In this document: positions 12,001 through 26,700 of the stretch, in pieces
Numbering within the stretch: the first letter of the stretch is position 1
Layout: every line of letters starts with the position of its first letter
Assembly (NCBI GenBank): GCA_964016885.1
Contig: OZ024744.1
Coordinates: 18,910,001 to 18,974,000 of the forward strand
Source of the DNA: Eledone cirrhosa
Lineage: Eukaryota
Direction of reading: 5' to 3'
DNA: 64,000 nucleotides
The notes under the pieces: model-generated
The model's input: only the letters and a program-made list of their open reading frames with translations
The model's database searches: none
Told to the model about the DNA's origin: nothing
Program-made: the position numbers and the translations under genes

Positions 12001-15000
12001 TGTATGTTTCTGTAAGTTTGTGTCACTGTGTATGTCACTGTGTGTTTCTGTATGTCTGTGTCTCTGTGTATGTCACTGTATGTTTCTGTATGTCTGTTTC
12101 ACTGTGTATGTCACTGTGTCTTTATGTATGTCTGTGTCACTCTGTATGTCTGTTTCACTGTGTATGTCACTGTATGTTTCTGTATGTCTGTGTCACTGTG
12201 TATGTCACTGTGTGTTTCTGTATGTCTGTGTCACTGTATATGTCACTGTAACTTTGTGTATGCCTGTGTCACTGTTTATGTCACTGTATGTTTCTGTATA
12301 TCTGTTTCACTGTGTATGACACTGTGTGTTTCTGTATGTATGTATCACTGTGTATGTCACTGTGTGTTTCTGTATGTCTGTGTCACTATGTAAGTCATTG
12401 TATCTTTGTGTATGTCACTGTGTATTTCTGTATGTCTGTGTCACTGTGTATGTCACAGTGTGTTTCTGTATATCTGTGTCACTGTGTATGTCACTGTATG
12501 TTTCTGTATGTATGTTTCACTGTGTATGTCACTAAATGTTTGTGTGTGTCTGTGTCTCTGTGTATGTCACTGTGTGTTTGCGTGTGTCTGTGTCACTGTG
12601 TATGTCACTGTGTGTTTCTGTATGTCTGTGTGACTGTGTATGTCACTGTTTGTTTGTGTATGTCTGTGTCACTGTGTGTGTTTCTGTATGTCTGTGTCAC
12701 TGTGTATGTCATTGCATCTTTGTGTATGTCTGTGTCACTCTGTATGTCACTGTGTGTTTCTGCATGTCTGTGTCACTGTGTATGTCACTGTGTGTTCCTG
12801 TATGTCTGTGTCACTGTGTATGTCACTGTATGTTTCTGTATGTCTGTTTCACTGTGTATATCACTGTGTGTTTCTGTATGTCTGTGTCACTGTATATGTC
12901 ACTGTATCTTTGTGTATCCCTGTGTCACTGTCTATGTCACTGTATGTTTCTGTATGTCTGTTTCACTGTGTATGTCACTGTATATTTGTGTATGTCTGTG
13001 TCACTCTGTATGTCACTGTGTGTTTCTGTATGTCTGTGTCACTATGTATGCCACTGTGTGTTTGTGTTGTCTGTGTCATTGTGTATGTCACTGGGTGTTT
13101 CTGTATGTCTGTGTCACTGTGTATGACACTGTGTCTTTCTGTATGCATGTATCACTGTGTATGTCACTGTGTGTATCTGTATGTCTGTGTCACTGTGTAA
13201 GTCATTGTATTTTTGTGTATGTCTGTGGCACTCTGTATGTCGTTGTGTGTTTCTGTATGTATGTGTCTCTGTGTATGTCACTGTATATTTGTGTATGTAT
13301 GTGTCACTGTGTATGTCACTGTGAGTTTCTCTATGTCTGTGTCACTGTGTATGTCACTGTATGTCTCTGTATGTCTGTGTCACTGTCTATGTCACTGTAT
13401 CTTTGGGTATGTCTGTGTCACTGTGTATGTCACTGTGTGTTTATGTATTTCTGTGTCTCTGTGTATGCCACTGTATCTTTGTGTATGTCTGCGTCACTGT
13501 GTATGTCACTGTGTGTTTCTGTATGTCTGTGTCCCTGTGTATGTCACAGTGTGTTTCTGTATATATGTGTCTCTGTGTATGTCACTGTATCTTTGTGTAT
13601 GTCTGTGTCACTGTGTGTTTGTGTATGTCTGTGTCACGGTATGTTTCTGTATGTCTGTGTCACTGTGTATGTCACTGTTTGTTTCTGTATGTATGTGTCA
13701 CTGTGTATGTCACCGTATGTGTGTGTATGTCTGTGTCACGGTGTATGTCACTGTATCTTTGTGTATGCCTGTGTCACTGTGTATGTCACTGTGTGTTTCT
13801 GTATGTCTGTGTCACTGTGTATGTCACTGTATGTTTGTGTGTGTCTGTGTCACTGTGTATGTCAATGTCTCTGTGTGTTTCTGTATGTCTGTGTCTCTGT
13901 GTATGTCACTGTATCTTTGTATATGTATGTGTCACTGTGTACGTCATTGTGTGTTTCTGTATGTCTGTGTCACTGTGTATATCACTGTGTGTTTCTGTAT
14001 ATCTGTGTCTCTGTGTATGTCACTGTTTGTTTGCGTGTGTCTGTGTGACTGTTTATGTCACTGTGTGTTTCTGTATGTCTGTGTGACTGTGTATGTCACT
14101 GTGTGTTTGTGTATGTCTGTGTCACTGTATGTTTCTGTATGTCTGTGTCACTGTGTATGTCTGTGTCACTGTGTATGTCACTGTGTGTTTCTGTATGTCT
14201 GTGTCACTGTGTATGTCATTGTATCTTTGTGTATGTCTGTGTCACTGTGTCTTTATGTATGTCTGTGTCACTCTGTATGTCACTGTATATTTCTGTATGT
14301 CTGTGTCACTGTGTATATCACTGTATGTTTCTGTATGTCTGTGTCACTGTGTATGTCACTGTGTATGTCACTGTATCTTTGTGTATGTACGTGTCACTGT
14401 GTATGTCACAGTGTGTTTCTGTATGTCTGTGTCACTGTCTATGTCACTGTATGTTCCTGAATGTCTGTGTCACTGTGTATGTCACTGTGTGTTTGTGTAT
14501 GTCTGTGTCACTGTATGTTTCTGTATGTCTGTGTCACTGTGTATGTCACTGTGTGGTTCTGTATGTTTGTGTCACTGTGTATGACATTGTATCTTTGTGT
14601 ATGTCTGTGTCACTGTGTATGTCACTGTATGTTTCTGTATGTTTGTGTCACTGTGTATGTCACTGTGTGTTTCTGTATGTCTGTGTCCCTGTGTATGTCA
14701 CTGTATGTTTCTGTATGTCTGTTTCACTGTGTATGTCACTGTGTATTTATGTATGTCTGTGTCACTCTGTATGTCACTGTATATTTCTGTATGTCTGTGT
14801 CACTGTGTATGTCACTGTATGTTTCTGTATGTCTGTGTCACTGTGTATGTAACTGTATGTTTCTGTATGTCTGTGTCACTGTGTATGTCACTGTATATTT
14901 GTGTATGTCTGTGTCCCTGTGTATGTCACTGTGTGTTTCTGTATGTTTGTGTCACTGTGTATGTCACTAAATGTTTGTGTGTGTCTGTGTCTCTGTGTAT

Positions 15001-15445
15001 GTCACTGTTTGTTTGCGTGTGTCTGTGTCACTGTGTATGTCACTGTGTGTTTCTGTATGTCTGTGTGACTGTGTATGTCACTGTGTGTTTGTGTATGTCT
15101 GTGTCACTGTATGTTTGTGTTACTGTGTATGTCACTAAATGTTTGTGTGTGTCTGTGTCTCTGTGTATGTCACTGTGTGTTTGCGTGTGTCTGTGTCACT
15201 GTGTATGTCACTGTGTGTTTCTGTATGTCTGTGTCACTGTGTATGTCACTGTATGTTTCTGTATTCTGTTTCACTGTGTATATCACTGTGTGTTTCTGTA
15301 TGTCTGTGTCACTGTATATGTCACTGTATCTTTGTGTATGCCTGTGTCACTGTCTATGTTACTGTATGTTTATGTATGTCTGTTTCACTCTGTATGTCAC
15401 TGCATATTTGTGTATGTCTGTGTCACTCTGTATGTCACTGTGTGT
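1..15445. repeat. Large near-identical duplication: 1-5136 repeated at 10672-15445 (offset 10,671, then 10,309 after a 362-bp deletion)
   Basis: ORF 35..472 matches 10706..11143 (offset 10,671) and 1979..3739 matches 12288..14048 (offset 10,309). Private markers such as ttctctacgt and gtcgcagtg are shared. The match breaks at 5137/15446. Only isolated SNVs were noticed (245/10916, 4342/14651, 4532/14841). Confidence 0.92.
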
Positions 15446-16109
15446 TTCTGTATGTCTGTGTCACTATGTATGCCACTGTATATTTGTGTTGTCTGTGTCA
15501 TTGTGTATGTCACTGTGTCTTTCTGCATGTATGTATCACTGTGTATGTCACTGTGTGTATCTGTATGTCTGTGTCACTGTGTAAGTCATTGTATCTTTGT
15601 GTATGTCTGTGGCACTCTGTATGTCGTTGTGTGTTTCTGTATGTACGTGTCTCTGTGTATGTCACTGTATATTTGTGTATGTATGTGTCACTGTGTATGT
15701 CACTGTGTGTTTCTGTATGTCTGTGTCTCTGTGTATGTCACTGTATCTTTGTGTATGTATGTGTCACTGTGTATGTCACTTTGTGTTTCTGTATGTCTGT
15801 GTCACTGTGTATATCACTGTGTGTTTCTGTATATCTGTGTCTCTGTGTATGTCACTGTATCTTTGTGTATGTCTGGGTCACTGTGTATGTCACTGTATAT
15901 TTGTGTATGTCTGGGTCAAGGTGTATATCACTGTATGTTTGTGTATGTCTGTGTCACTGTGTATGTCACTGTATGTTTCTGTATGTCTGTGTCACTGTGT
16001 ATATCAATGTGTGTTTCTGTATCTCTGTGTCACGGTGTATGTCACTGCATGTTTGTGTATGTCTGTGTGACTGTGTATGTCACTGTCTGTTTCTGTATGG
16101 CTGTGTCAC

Positions 16110-16870
16110 TGTGTATGCCACTGTATGTTTGTGTTGTCTGTGTCGTTGTGTATGTCACTGGGTGTTTCTGTATGTCTGTGTCACTGTGTATGACACTGTG
16201 TCTTTCTGTATGCATGTATCACTGTGTATGTCACTGTGTGTATCTGTATGTCTGTGTCACTGTGTAAGTCATTGTATTTTTGTGTATGTCTGTGGCACTC
16301 TGTATGTCGTTGTGTGTTTCTGTATGTATGTGTCTCTGTGTATGTCACTGTATATTTGTGTATGTATGTGTCACTGTGTATGTCACTGTGAGTTTCTCTA
16401 TGTCTGTGTCACTGTGTATGTCACTGTATGTCTCTGTATGTCTGTGTCACTGTCTATGTCACTGTATCTTTGGGTATGTCTGTGTCACTGTGTATGTCAC
16501 TGTGTGTTTATGTATTTCTGTGTCTCTGTGTATGCCACTGTATCTTTGTGTATGTCTGCGTCACTGTGTATGTCACTGTGTGTTTCTGTATGTCTGTGTC
16601 CCTGTGTATGTCACAGTGTGTTTCTGTATATATGTGTCTCTGTGTATGTCACTGTATCTTTGTGTATGTCTGTGTCACTGTGTGTTTGTGTATGTCTGTG
16701 TCACGGTATGTTTCTGTATGTCTGTGTCACTGTGTATGTCACTGTTTGTTTCTGTATGTATGTGTCACTGTGTATGTCACCGTATGTGTGTGTATGTCTG
16801 TGTCACGGTGTATGTCACTGTATCTTTGTGTATGCCTGTGTCACTGTGTATGTCACTGTGTGTTTCTGTA
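16110..16870. repeat. ~0.75-kb dispersed internal copy of ~13045-13805 (offset 3,067); boundaries approximate
   Basis: ORF starts 13213/16280 and 13361/16428 share the offset, with shared rare markers tgcatgtatc, cattgtattttt and ctttgggtat. Confidence 0.75.
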
Positions 16871-17786
16871 TGTCTGTGTCTCTGTGTATGTCACTGTATC
16901 TTTGTGTATGTATGTGTCACTGTGTATGTCACTGTGTGTTTCTGTATGTCTGTGTCACTGTGTATATCACTGTGTGTTTCTGTATATCTGTGTCTCTGTG
17001 TATGTCACTGTATCTTTGTGTATGTCTGGGTCACTGTGTATGTCACTGTATATTTGTGTATGTCTGTGTGACGGTGTATATCACTGTATGTTTGTGTATG
17101 TCTGTGTCACTGTGTATGTCACTGTATGTTTCTGTATGTCTGTGTCACTGTGTATATCAATGTGTGTTTCTGTATCTCTGTGTCACTGTGTATGTCACTG
17201 CATGTTTGTGTATGTCTGTGTGACTGTGTATGTCACTGTGTGTTTCTGTATGGCTGTGTCACTGTGTATGTCACTGTATCTTTGTGTATGTCTGTGTCAC
17301 TGTGTATGTCACAGTGTGTTTCTGTATGTCTGTGTCACTGTCTATGTCACTGTATGTTTCTGAATGTCTGTGTCACTGTGTATGTCACTGTGTGTTTCTG
17401 TATGTCTGTGTCACGGTGTATGTCACTGTATGTTTGTGTGTGACTGTGTCACTGTGTATGTCACTGTGTGTTTGTGTATGTCTGTGTCACTGTATGTTTC
17501 TGTATGTCTGTGTCACTGTGTATGTCACTGTGTGTTTCTGTATGTCTATGTCACTGTGTATGTCATTGTATCTTTGTGTATGTCTGTGTCACTGTGTATG
17601 TCACAGTATGTTTCTGTAAGTTTGTGTCACTGTGTATGTCACTGTGTGTTTCTGTATGTCTGTGTCTCTGTGTATGTCACTGTATGTTTCTGTATGTCTG
17701 TTTCACTGTGTATGTCACTGTATCTTTGTGTATGTCTGTGTCACTGTGTATGTCACGGTGTGTTTCTGTATGTCTGTGTCACTGTC

Positions 17787-20700
17787 TATGTCACTGTATG
17801 TTTCTGAATGTCTGTGTCAATGTGTATGTCACTGTGTGTTTGTGTATGTCTGTGTCACTGTATGTTTCTGTATGTCTGTGTCACTGTGTATGTCACTGTG
17901 TGTTTCTGTATGTCTGTGTCACTTTGTATGTCACTGTATGTTTCTGTATGTCTGTTTCACTGTGTATATCACTGTGTGTTTCTGTATGTCTGTGTCACTG
18001 TATATGTCACTGTATCTTTGTGTATGCCTGTGTCACTGTCTATGTCACTGTATGTTTCTGTATGTCTGTTTCACTGTGTATGTCACTGTATATTTGTGTA
18101 TTTCTGTGTCACTCTGTATGGCACTGTGTGTTTCTGTATGTCTGTGTCACTATGTATGCCACTGTATATTTGTGTTGTCTGTGTCATTGTGTATGTCACT
18201 GGGTTTTTCTGTATGTCTGTGTCACTGTGTATGACACTGTGTCTTTCTGTATGTATGTATCACTGTGTATGTCACTGTGTGTATCTTTATGTCTGTGTCA
18301 CTGTGTAAGTCATTGTATCTTTGTGTATGTCAGTGGCACTCTGTATGTCGTTGTGTGTTTCTGTATGTATGTGTCTCTGTGTATGTCACTGTATATTTGT
18401 GTATATATGTGTCACTGTGTATGTCACTGTGAGTTTCTCTATGTCTGTGTCACTGTGTATATCACTGTATGTCTCTGTATGTCTGTGTCACTGTCTATGT
18501 CACTGTATCTTTGTGTATGTCTGTGTCACTGTGTATGTCACTGTGTGTTTATGTATTTCTGTGTCTCTGTGTATGCCACTGTATCTTTGTGTATGTCTGC
18601 GTCACTGTGTATGTCACAGTGTGTTTCTGTATATATGCGTCTCTGTGTATGTCACTGTGTGTTTGCGTATGTCTGTGTCACTGTATGTTTCAGTATGTCT
18701 GTGTCACTGTGTATGTCACTGTGTGTTTCTGTATGTATGTGTCACCATGTATGTCATGTATCTTTGTGTATGCCTGTGTCACTGTGTATGTCACTGTGTG
18801 TTTCTGTATGTTTGTGTCACTGTGTATGTCACTGTATATTTCTGTATGTCTGTGTCACTGTGTATGTCACTGTATGTTTCTGTATGTCTGTGTCACTGTG
18901 TATGTCACTGTGTGTTTCTGTATGTCTGTGTCACTGTATGTGTCACTGTATCTTTGTGTATGCCTGTGTCACTGGTTATGTCACTGTATGTTTCTGTATG
19001 TCTGTTTCACTGTGTATGTCACTGTATATTTGTGTATGTCTGTGTCACTCTGTATGTCACTGTGTGTTTCTGTATGTCTGTGTCACTATGTATGCCACTG
19101 TATGTTTGTGTTATCTGTGTCATTGTGTATGTCACTGGGCGTTTCTGTATGTCTGTGTCACTGTGTATGACACTGTGTGTTTCTGTATGTATGTATCACT
19201 GTGTATGTCACTGTGTGTTTCTGAATGTCTGTGTCACTATGTAAGTCATTGTATCTTTGTGTATGTCTGTGGCACTCTGTATGTTGTTGTGTGTTTCTGT
19301 ATGTATGTGTCTCTGTATCTTTGTGTATGTATGTGTCACTGTGTATGTTACTGTGAGTTTATGTATGTCTGTGTCACTGTGTATGTCACTGTATGTCTAT
19401 GTATGTCTGTGTCACTGTCTATGTCACTGTATCTTTGTGTATGTCTGTATTACTGTGTATGTCGCTGTGTGTTTATGTATGTCTGTGTCTCTGTGTATGT
19501 CACTGTATCTTTGCGTATGTCTGCGTCACTGTGTATGTCACTGTGTGTTTCTGTATGTCTGTGTCACTGTGTATGTCACAATGTGTTTCTGTATATCTCT
19601 GTCTCTGCGTATGTCACTGTATCTTTGTATATGTCTGTGTCACTGTGTATGTCACTATGTGTTTCTGTATGTCTGTGTGAGTGTACTTGTCACTGTTTGT
19701 TTGTGTATGTCTGTGTCACTGTGTGTGTTTCTGTATGTCTGTGTCACTGTGTATGTCATTGCATCTTTGTGTATGTCTGTGTCACTCTGTATGTCACTGT
19801 GTGTTTCTGCATGTCTGTGTCACTGTGTATGTCACTGTGTGTTCCTGTATGTCTGTATCACTGTGTATGTCACTGTATGTTTCTGTATGTCTGTTTCACT
19901 GTGTATATCACTGTGTGTTTCTGTATGTCTGTGTCACTGTATATGTCACTGTATCTTTGTGTATGCCTGTGTCACTGTCTATGTCAATGTATGTTTCTGT
20001 ATGTCTGTTTCACTGTGTATGTCACTGTATATTTGTGTATGTCTGTGTCACTCTGTATGTCACTGTGTGTTTCTGTATGTCTGTGTCACTATGTATGTTT
20101 GTGTTGTCTGTGTCATTGTGTATGTCACTGGGTGTTTCTGTATGTCTGTGTCACTGTGTATGACACTGTGTCTTTATGTATGTATGTATCACTGTGTATG
20201 TCACTGTGTGTATCTGTATGTCTGTGTCATTGTGTAAGTCATTGTATCTTTGTGTATGTCTGTGGCACTCTGTTTGTCGTTGTGTGTTTCTGTATGTATG
20301 TGTCTCTGTGTATGTCACTGTATATTTATGTATGTATGTGTCACTGTGTATGTCACTGTGAGTTTCTCTATGTCTGTGTCACTGTGTATGTCACTGTATG
20401 TCTCTGTATGTCTGTGTCACTGTCTATGTCACTGTATCTTTGTGTATGTCTGTGTCACTGTGTATGTCACTGTGTGTTTATGTATTTCTGTGTATCTGTG
20501 TATGCCACTGTATCTTTGTGTATGTCTGTGTCACTGTGTGTTTTTGTATGTCTGTGTCACTGTGTATGTCACTGTATGTTTGTGCGTGTCTGTGTCACTG
20601 TGTATGTCACTGTGTGTTTGTGTATGTCTGTGTCACTGTATGTTTTTGTATATCTGTGTCACTGTGTATGTCACTGTTTGTTTCTGTATGTATGTGTCAC

Positions 20701-23700
20701 TGTGTATGTCACCGTATGTGTGTGTATGTCTGTGTCACGGTGTATGTCACTGTATCTTTGTGTATGCCTTGTCACTGTGTATGTCACTGTGTGTTTCTGT
20801 ATGTCTGTGTCACCGTGTATGTCACTGTATGTTTGTGTGTGTCTGTGTCACTGTGTATGTCAATGTCTCTGTGTGTTTCTGTATGTCTGTGTCTCTGTGT
20901 ATGTCACTGTATCTTTGTGTATGTATGTGTCACTGTGTATGTCACTGTGTGTTTCTGTATGTCTGTGTCACTGTGTATATCACTGTGTGTTTCTGTATAT
21001 CTGTGTCTCTGTGTATGTCACTGTATCTTTGTGTATGTCTGGGTCACTGTGTATGTCACTGTATATTTGTGTATGTCTGTGTCACGGTGTATATCACTGT
21101 ATGTTTGTGTATGTCTGTGTCACTGTGTATGTCACTGTATGTTTCTGTATATCTGTGTCTCTGTGTATGTCACTGTGTGTTTCTGTATGGCTGTGTCACT
21201 GTGTATGTCACTGTATCTTTGTGTATGTCTGTGTCACTGTGTATGTCACAGTGTGTTTCTGTATGTCTGTGTCACTGTCTATGTCACTGTATGTTTCTGA
21301 ATGTCTGTGTCACTGTGTATGTCACTGTGTGTTTCTGTATGTCTGTGTCACGGTGTATGTCACTGTATGTTTGTGTGTGACTGTGTCACTGTGTATGTCA
21401 CTGTGTGTTTGTGTATGTCTGTGTCACTGTATGTTTCTGTATGTCTGTGTCACTGTGTATGTCACTGTGTGTTTCTGTATGTCTGTGTCACTGTGTATGT
21501 CATTGTATCTTTGTGTATGTCTGTGTCACTGTGTATGTCACTGTATGTTTCTGTAAGTTTGTGTCACTGTGTATGTCACTGTGTGTTTCTGTATGTCTGT
21601 GTCTCTGTGTATGTCACTGTATGTTTCTGTATGTCTGTTTCACTGTGTATGTCACTGTGTCTTTATGTATGTCTGTGTCACTCTGTATGTCACTGTATAT
21701 TTCTGTGTGTCTGTGTCACTGTGTATGTCACTGTATGTTTCTGTATGTTTGTGTCACTGTGTATGTCACTATGTTTCTGTATGTCTGTTTCACTGTGTAT
21801 GTCACTGTATCTTTGTGTATGTCTGTGTCACTGTGTATGTCACTGTGTGTTTATGTATTTCTGTGTCTCTGTGTATGCCACTGTATCTTTGTGTATGTCT
21901 GCGTCACTGTCTATGTCACTGTGTGTTTCTGTATGTCTGTGTCACTGTGTATGTCACAGTGTGTTTCTGTATATATGTGTCTCTGTGTATGTCACTGTAT
22001 CTTTGTGTATGTCTGTGTCACTGTGTGTTTCTGTATGTCTGTGTCACTGTGTATGTCACTGTATGTATGTGTGTGTCTGTGTCACTGTGTATGTCACTGT
22101 GTGTTTGTGTATGTCTGTGTCACTGTATGTTTCTGTATGTCTGTGTCACTGTGTATGTCACCGTATGTGTGTGTATGTCTGTGTCACGGTGTATGTCACT
22201 GTATCTTTGTGTATGCCTGTGTCACTGTGTATGTCACTGTGTGTTTCTGTATGTCTGTGTCACTGTGTATGTCACTGTATGGTTGTGTGTGTCTGTGTCA
22301 CTGTGTATGTCAATGTCTCTGTGTGTTTCTGTTTGTCTGTGTCTCTGTGTATGTCACTGTATCTTTGTGTATGTATGTGTCACTGTGTATGTCACTGTGT
22401 GTTTCTGTATGTCTGTGTCACTGTGTATATCACTGTGTGTTTCTTTATATCTGTGTCTCTGTGTATGTCACTGTATGTTTGTGTATGTCTGTGTCACTGT
22501 GTATGTCACTGTATGTTTCTGTATGTCTGTGTCACTGTGTATATCAATGTGTGTTTCTGTATCTCTGTGTCACGGTGTATGTCACTGTGTGTTTCTTTAT
22601 ATCTGTGTCTCTGTGTATGTCACTGTATGTTTGTGTATGTCTGTGTGACTGTGTATGTCACTGTGTGTTTCTGTATGGCTGTGTCACTGTGTATGTCACT
22701 GTATCTTTGTGTATGTCTATGTCACTGTGTATGTCACAGTGTGTTTCTGTATGTCTGTGTCACTATCTATGTCACAGTATGTTTCTGAATGGCTGTGTCA
22801 CTGTGTATGTCACTGTGTGTTTCTGTGTGTCTGTGTCACGGTGTATGTCACTGTATGTGTGTGTGTGACTGTGTCACTGTGTATGTCACTGTGTGTTTGT
22901 GTATGTCTGTGTCACTGTATGTTTCTGTAGGTCTGTGTCACTGTGTATGTCACTGTGTGTTTCTGTATGCCTGTGTCACTGTGTATGTCATTGTATCTTT
23001 GTGTATGTCTGTGTCACTGTGTATGTCACTGTATGTTTCTGTAAGTTTGTGTCACTGTGTATGTCACTGTGTGTTTCTGTATGTCTGTGTCTCTGTGTAT
23101 GTCACTGTATGTTTCTGTATGTCTGTTTCACTGTGTATGTCACTGTGTCTTTATGTATGTCTGTGTCACTCTGTATGTCACTGTATATTTCTGTATGTCT
23201 GTGTCACTGTGTATATCACTGTATGTTTCTGTATGTCTGCGTCACTGTGTATGTCACACTGTGTTTCTGTATGTCTGTGTCACTGTCTATGTCACTGTAT
23301 GTTTCTGAATGTCTGTGTCACTGTGTATGTTACTGTGTGTTTGTGTATGTCTGTGTCACTGTATGTTTCTGTATGTCTGTGTCACTGTGTATGTCAATGT
23401 GTGTTTCTGTATGTTTGTGTCACTGTGTATGTCACTAAATGTTTGTGTGTGTCTGTGTCTCTGTGTATATCACTGTGTGTTTCTGTATATCTGTGTCTCT
23501 GTGTATGTCACTGTATCTTTGTGTATGTCTGGGTCACTGTGTATGTCACTCTGTGTTTCTGTATGTCTGTGTGACTGTGTATGTCACTGTTTGTTTGTGT
23601 ATGTCTGTGTCACTGTGTGTGTTTCTGTATGTCTGTGTCACTGTGTATGTCATTGCATCTTTGTGTATGTCTGTCTCACTCTGTATGTCAGTGTGTGTTT

Positions 23701-26700
23701 CTGCATGTCTGTGTCACTGTGTATGTCACTGTGTGTTTCTGTATGTCTGTGTCACTGTGTATGTTACTGTTTGTTTCTGTATGTCTGTTTCACTGTGTAT
23801 GTCACTGTATATTTGTGTATGTCTGTGTCACTCTGTATGTCACTGTGTGTTTCTGTATGTCTGTGTCACTATGTATGCCACTGTATGTTCGTGTTGTCTG
23901 TGTCATTGTGTATGTCACTGGGTGTTTCTGTATGTCTGTGTCACTGTGTATGACATTGTGTCTTTCTGTATGTATGTATCACTGTGTATGTCACTGTGTG
24001 TTTCTGTATGTCTGTGTCACTGTGTATGTTACTGTTTGTTTCTGTATGTCTGTTTCACTGTGTATGTCACTGTATCTTTGTGTATGCCTGTGTCACTGTG
24101 TATGTCACTGTGTGTTTCTGTATGTTTGTGTCACTGTGTATGTCACTGTATATTTCTGTATGTCTGTGTCACTGTGTATGTCACTGTATGTTTCTGTATG
24201 TCTGTGTCACTGTGTATGTCACTGTGTGTTTCTGTATGTCTGTGTCACTGTATGTGTCACTGTATCTTTGTGTATGCCTGTGTCACTGGTTATGTCACTG
24301 TATGTTTCTGAATGTCTGTGTCAATGTGTATGTCACTGTGTGTTTGTGTATGTCTGTGTCACTGTATGTTTCTGTATGTCTGTGTCACTGTGTATGTCAC
24401 TGTGTGTTTCTGTATGTCTGTGTCACTTTGTATGTCACTGTATGTTTCTGTATGTCTGTTTCACTGTGTATATCACTGTGTGTTTCTGTATGTCTGTGTC
24501 ACTGTATATGTCACTGTATCTTTGTGTATGCCTGTGTCACTGTCTATGTCACTGTATGTTTCTGTATGTCTGTTTCACTGTGTATGTCACTGTATATTTG
24601 TGTATTTCTGTGTCACTCTGTATGGCACTGTGTGTTTCTGTATGTCTGTGTCACTATGTATGCCACTGTATATTTGTGTTGTCTGTGTCATTGTGTATGT
24701 CACTGGGTTTTTCTGTATGTCTGTGTCACTGTGTATGACACTGTGTCTTTCTGTATGTATGTATCACTGTGTATGTCACTGTGTGTATCTTTATGTCTGT
24801 GTCACTGTGTAAGTCATTGTATCTTTGTGTATGTCAGTGGCACTCTGTATGTCGTTGTGTGTTTCTGTATGTATGTGTCTCTGTGTATGTCACTGTATAT
24901 TTGTGTATATATGTGTCACTGTGTATGTCACTGTGAGTTTCTCTATGTCTGTGTCACTGTGTATATCACTGTATGTCTCTGTATGTCTGTGTCACTGTCT
25001 ATGTCACTGTATCTTTGTGTATGTCTGTGTCACTGTGTATGTCACTGTGTGTTTATGTATTTCTGTGTCTCTGTGTATGCCACTGTATCTTTGTGTATGT
25101 CTGCGTCACTGTGTATGTCACAGTGTGTTTCTGTATATATGCGTCTCTGTGTATGTCACTGTGTGTTTGCGTATGTCTGTGTCACTGTATGTTTCAGTAT
25201 GTCTGTGTCACTGTGTATGTCACTGTGTGTTTCTGTATGTATGTGTCACCATGTATGTCATGTATCTTTGTGTATGCCTGTGTCACTGTGTATGTCACTG
25301 TGTGTTTCTGTATGTTTGTGTCACTGTGTATGTCACTGTATATTTCTGTATGTCTGTGTCACTGTGTATGTCACTGTATGTTTCTGTATGTCTGTGTCAC
25401 TGTGTATGTCACTGTGTGTTTCTGTATGTCTGTGTCACTGTATGTGTCACTGTATCTTTGTGTATGCCTGTGTCACTGGTTATGTCACTGTATGTTTCTG
25501 TATGTCTGTTTCACTGTGTATGTCACTGTATATTTGTGTATGTCTGTGTCACTCTGTATGTCACTGTGTGTTTCTGTATGTCTGTGTCACTATGTATGCC
25601 ACTGTATGTTTGTGTTATCTGTGTCATTGTGTATGTCACTGGGCGTTTCTGTATGTCTGTGTCACTGTGTATGACACTGTGTGTTTCTGTATGTATGTAT
25701 CACTGTGTATGTCACTGTGTGTTTCTGAATGTCTGTGTCACTATGTAAGTCATTGTATCTTTGTGTATGTCTGTGGCACTCTGTATGTTGTTGTGTGTTT
25801 CTGTATGTATGTGTCTCTGTATCTTTGTGTATGTATGTGTCACTGTGTATGTTACTGTGAGTTTATGTATGTCTGTGTCACTGTGTATGTCACTGTATGT
25901 CTATGTATGTCTGTGTCACTGTCTATGTCACTGTATCTTTGTGTATGTCTGTATTACTGTGTATGTCGCTGTGTGTTTATGTATGTCTGTGTCTCTGTGT
26001 ATGTCACTGTATCTTTGCGTATGTCTGCGTCACTGTGTATGTCACTGTGTGTTTCTGTATGTCTGTGTCACTGTGTATGTCACAATGTGTTTCTGTATAT
26101 CTCTGTCTCTGTGTATGTCACTGTATCTTTGTATATGTCTGTGTCACTGTGTATGTCACTATGTGTTTCTGTATGTCTGTGTGAGTGTACTTGTCACTGT
26201 TTGTTTGTGTATGTCTGTGTCACTGTGTGTGTTTCTGTATGTCTGTGTCACTGTGTATGTCATTGCATCTTTGTGTATGTCTGTGTCACTCTGTATGTCA
26301 CTGTGTGTTTCTGCATGTCTGTGTCACTGTGTATGTCACTGTGTGTTCCTGTATGTCTGTATCACTGTGTATGTCACTGTATGTTTCTGTATGTCTGTTT
26401 CACTGTGTATATCACTGTGTGTTTCTGTATGTCTGTGTCACTGTATATGTCACTGTATCTTTGTGTATGCCTGTGTCACTGTCTATGTCAATGTATGTTT
26501 CTGTATGTCTGTTTCACTGTGTATGTCACTGTATATTTGTGTATGTCTGTGTCACTCTGTATGTCACTGTGTGTTTCTGTATGTCTGTGTCACTATGTAT
26601 GTTTGTGTTGTCTGTGTCATTGTGTATGTCACTGGGTGTTTCTGTATGTCTGTGTCACTGTGTATGACACTGTGTCTTTATGTATGTATGTATCACTGTG

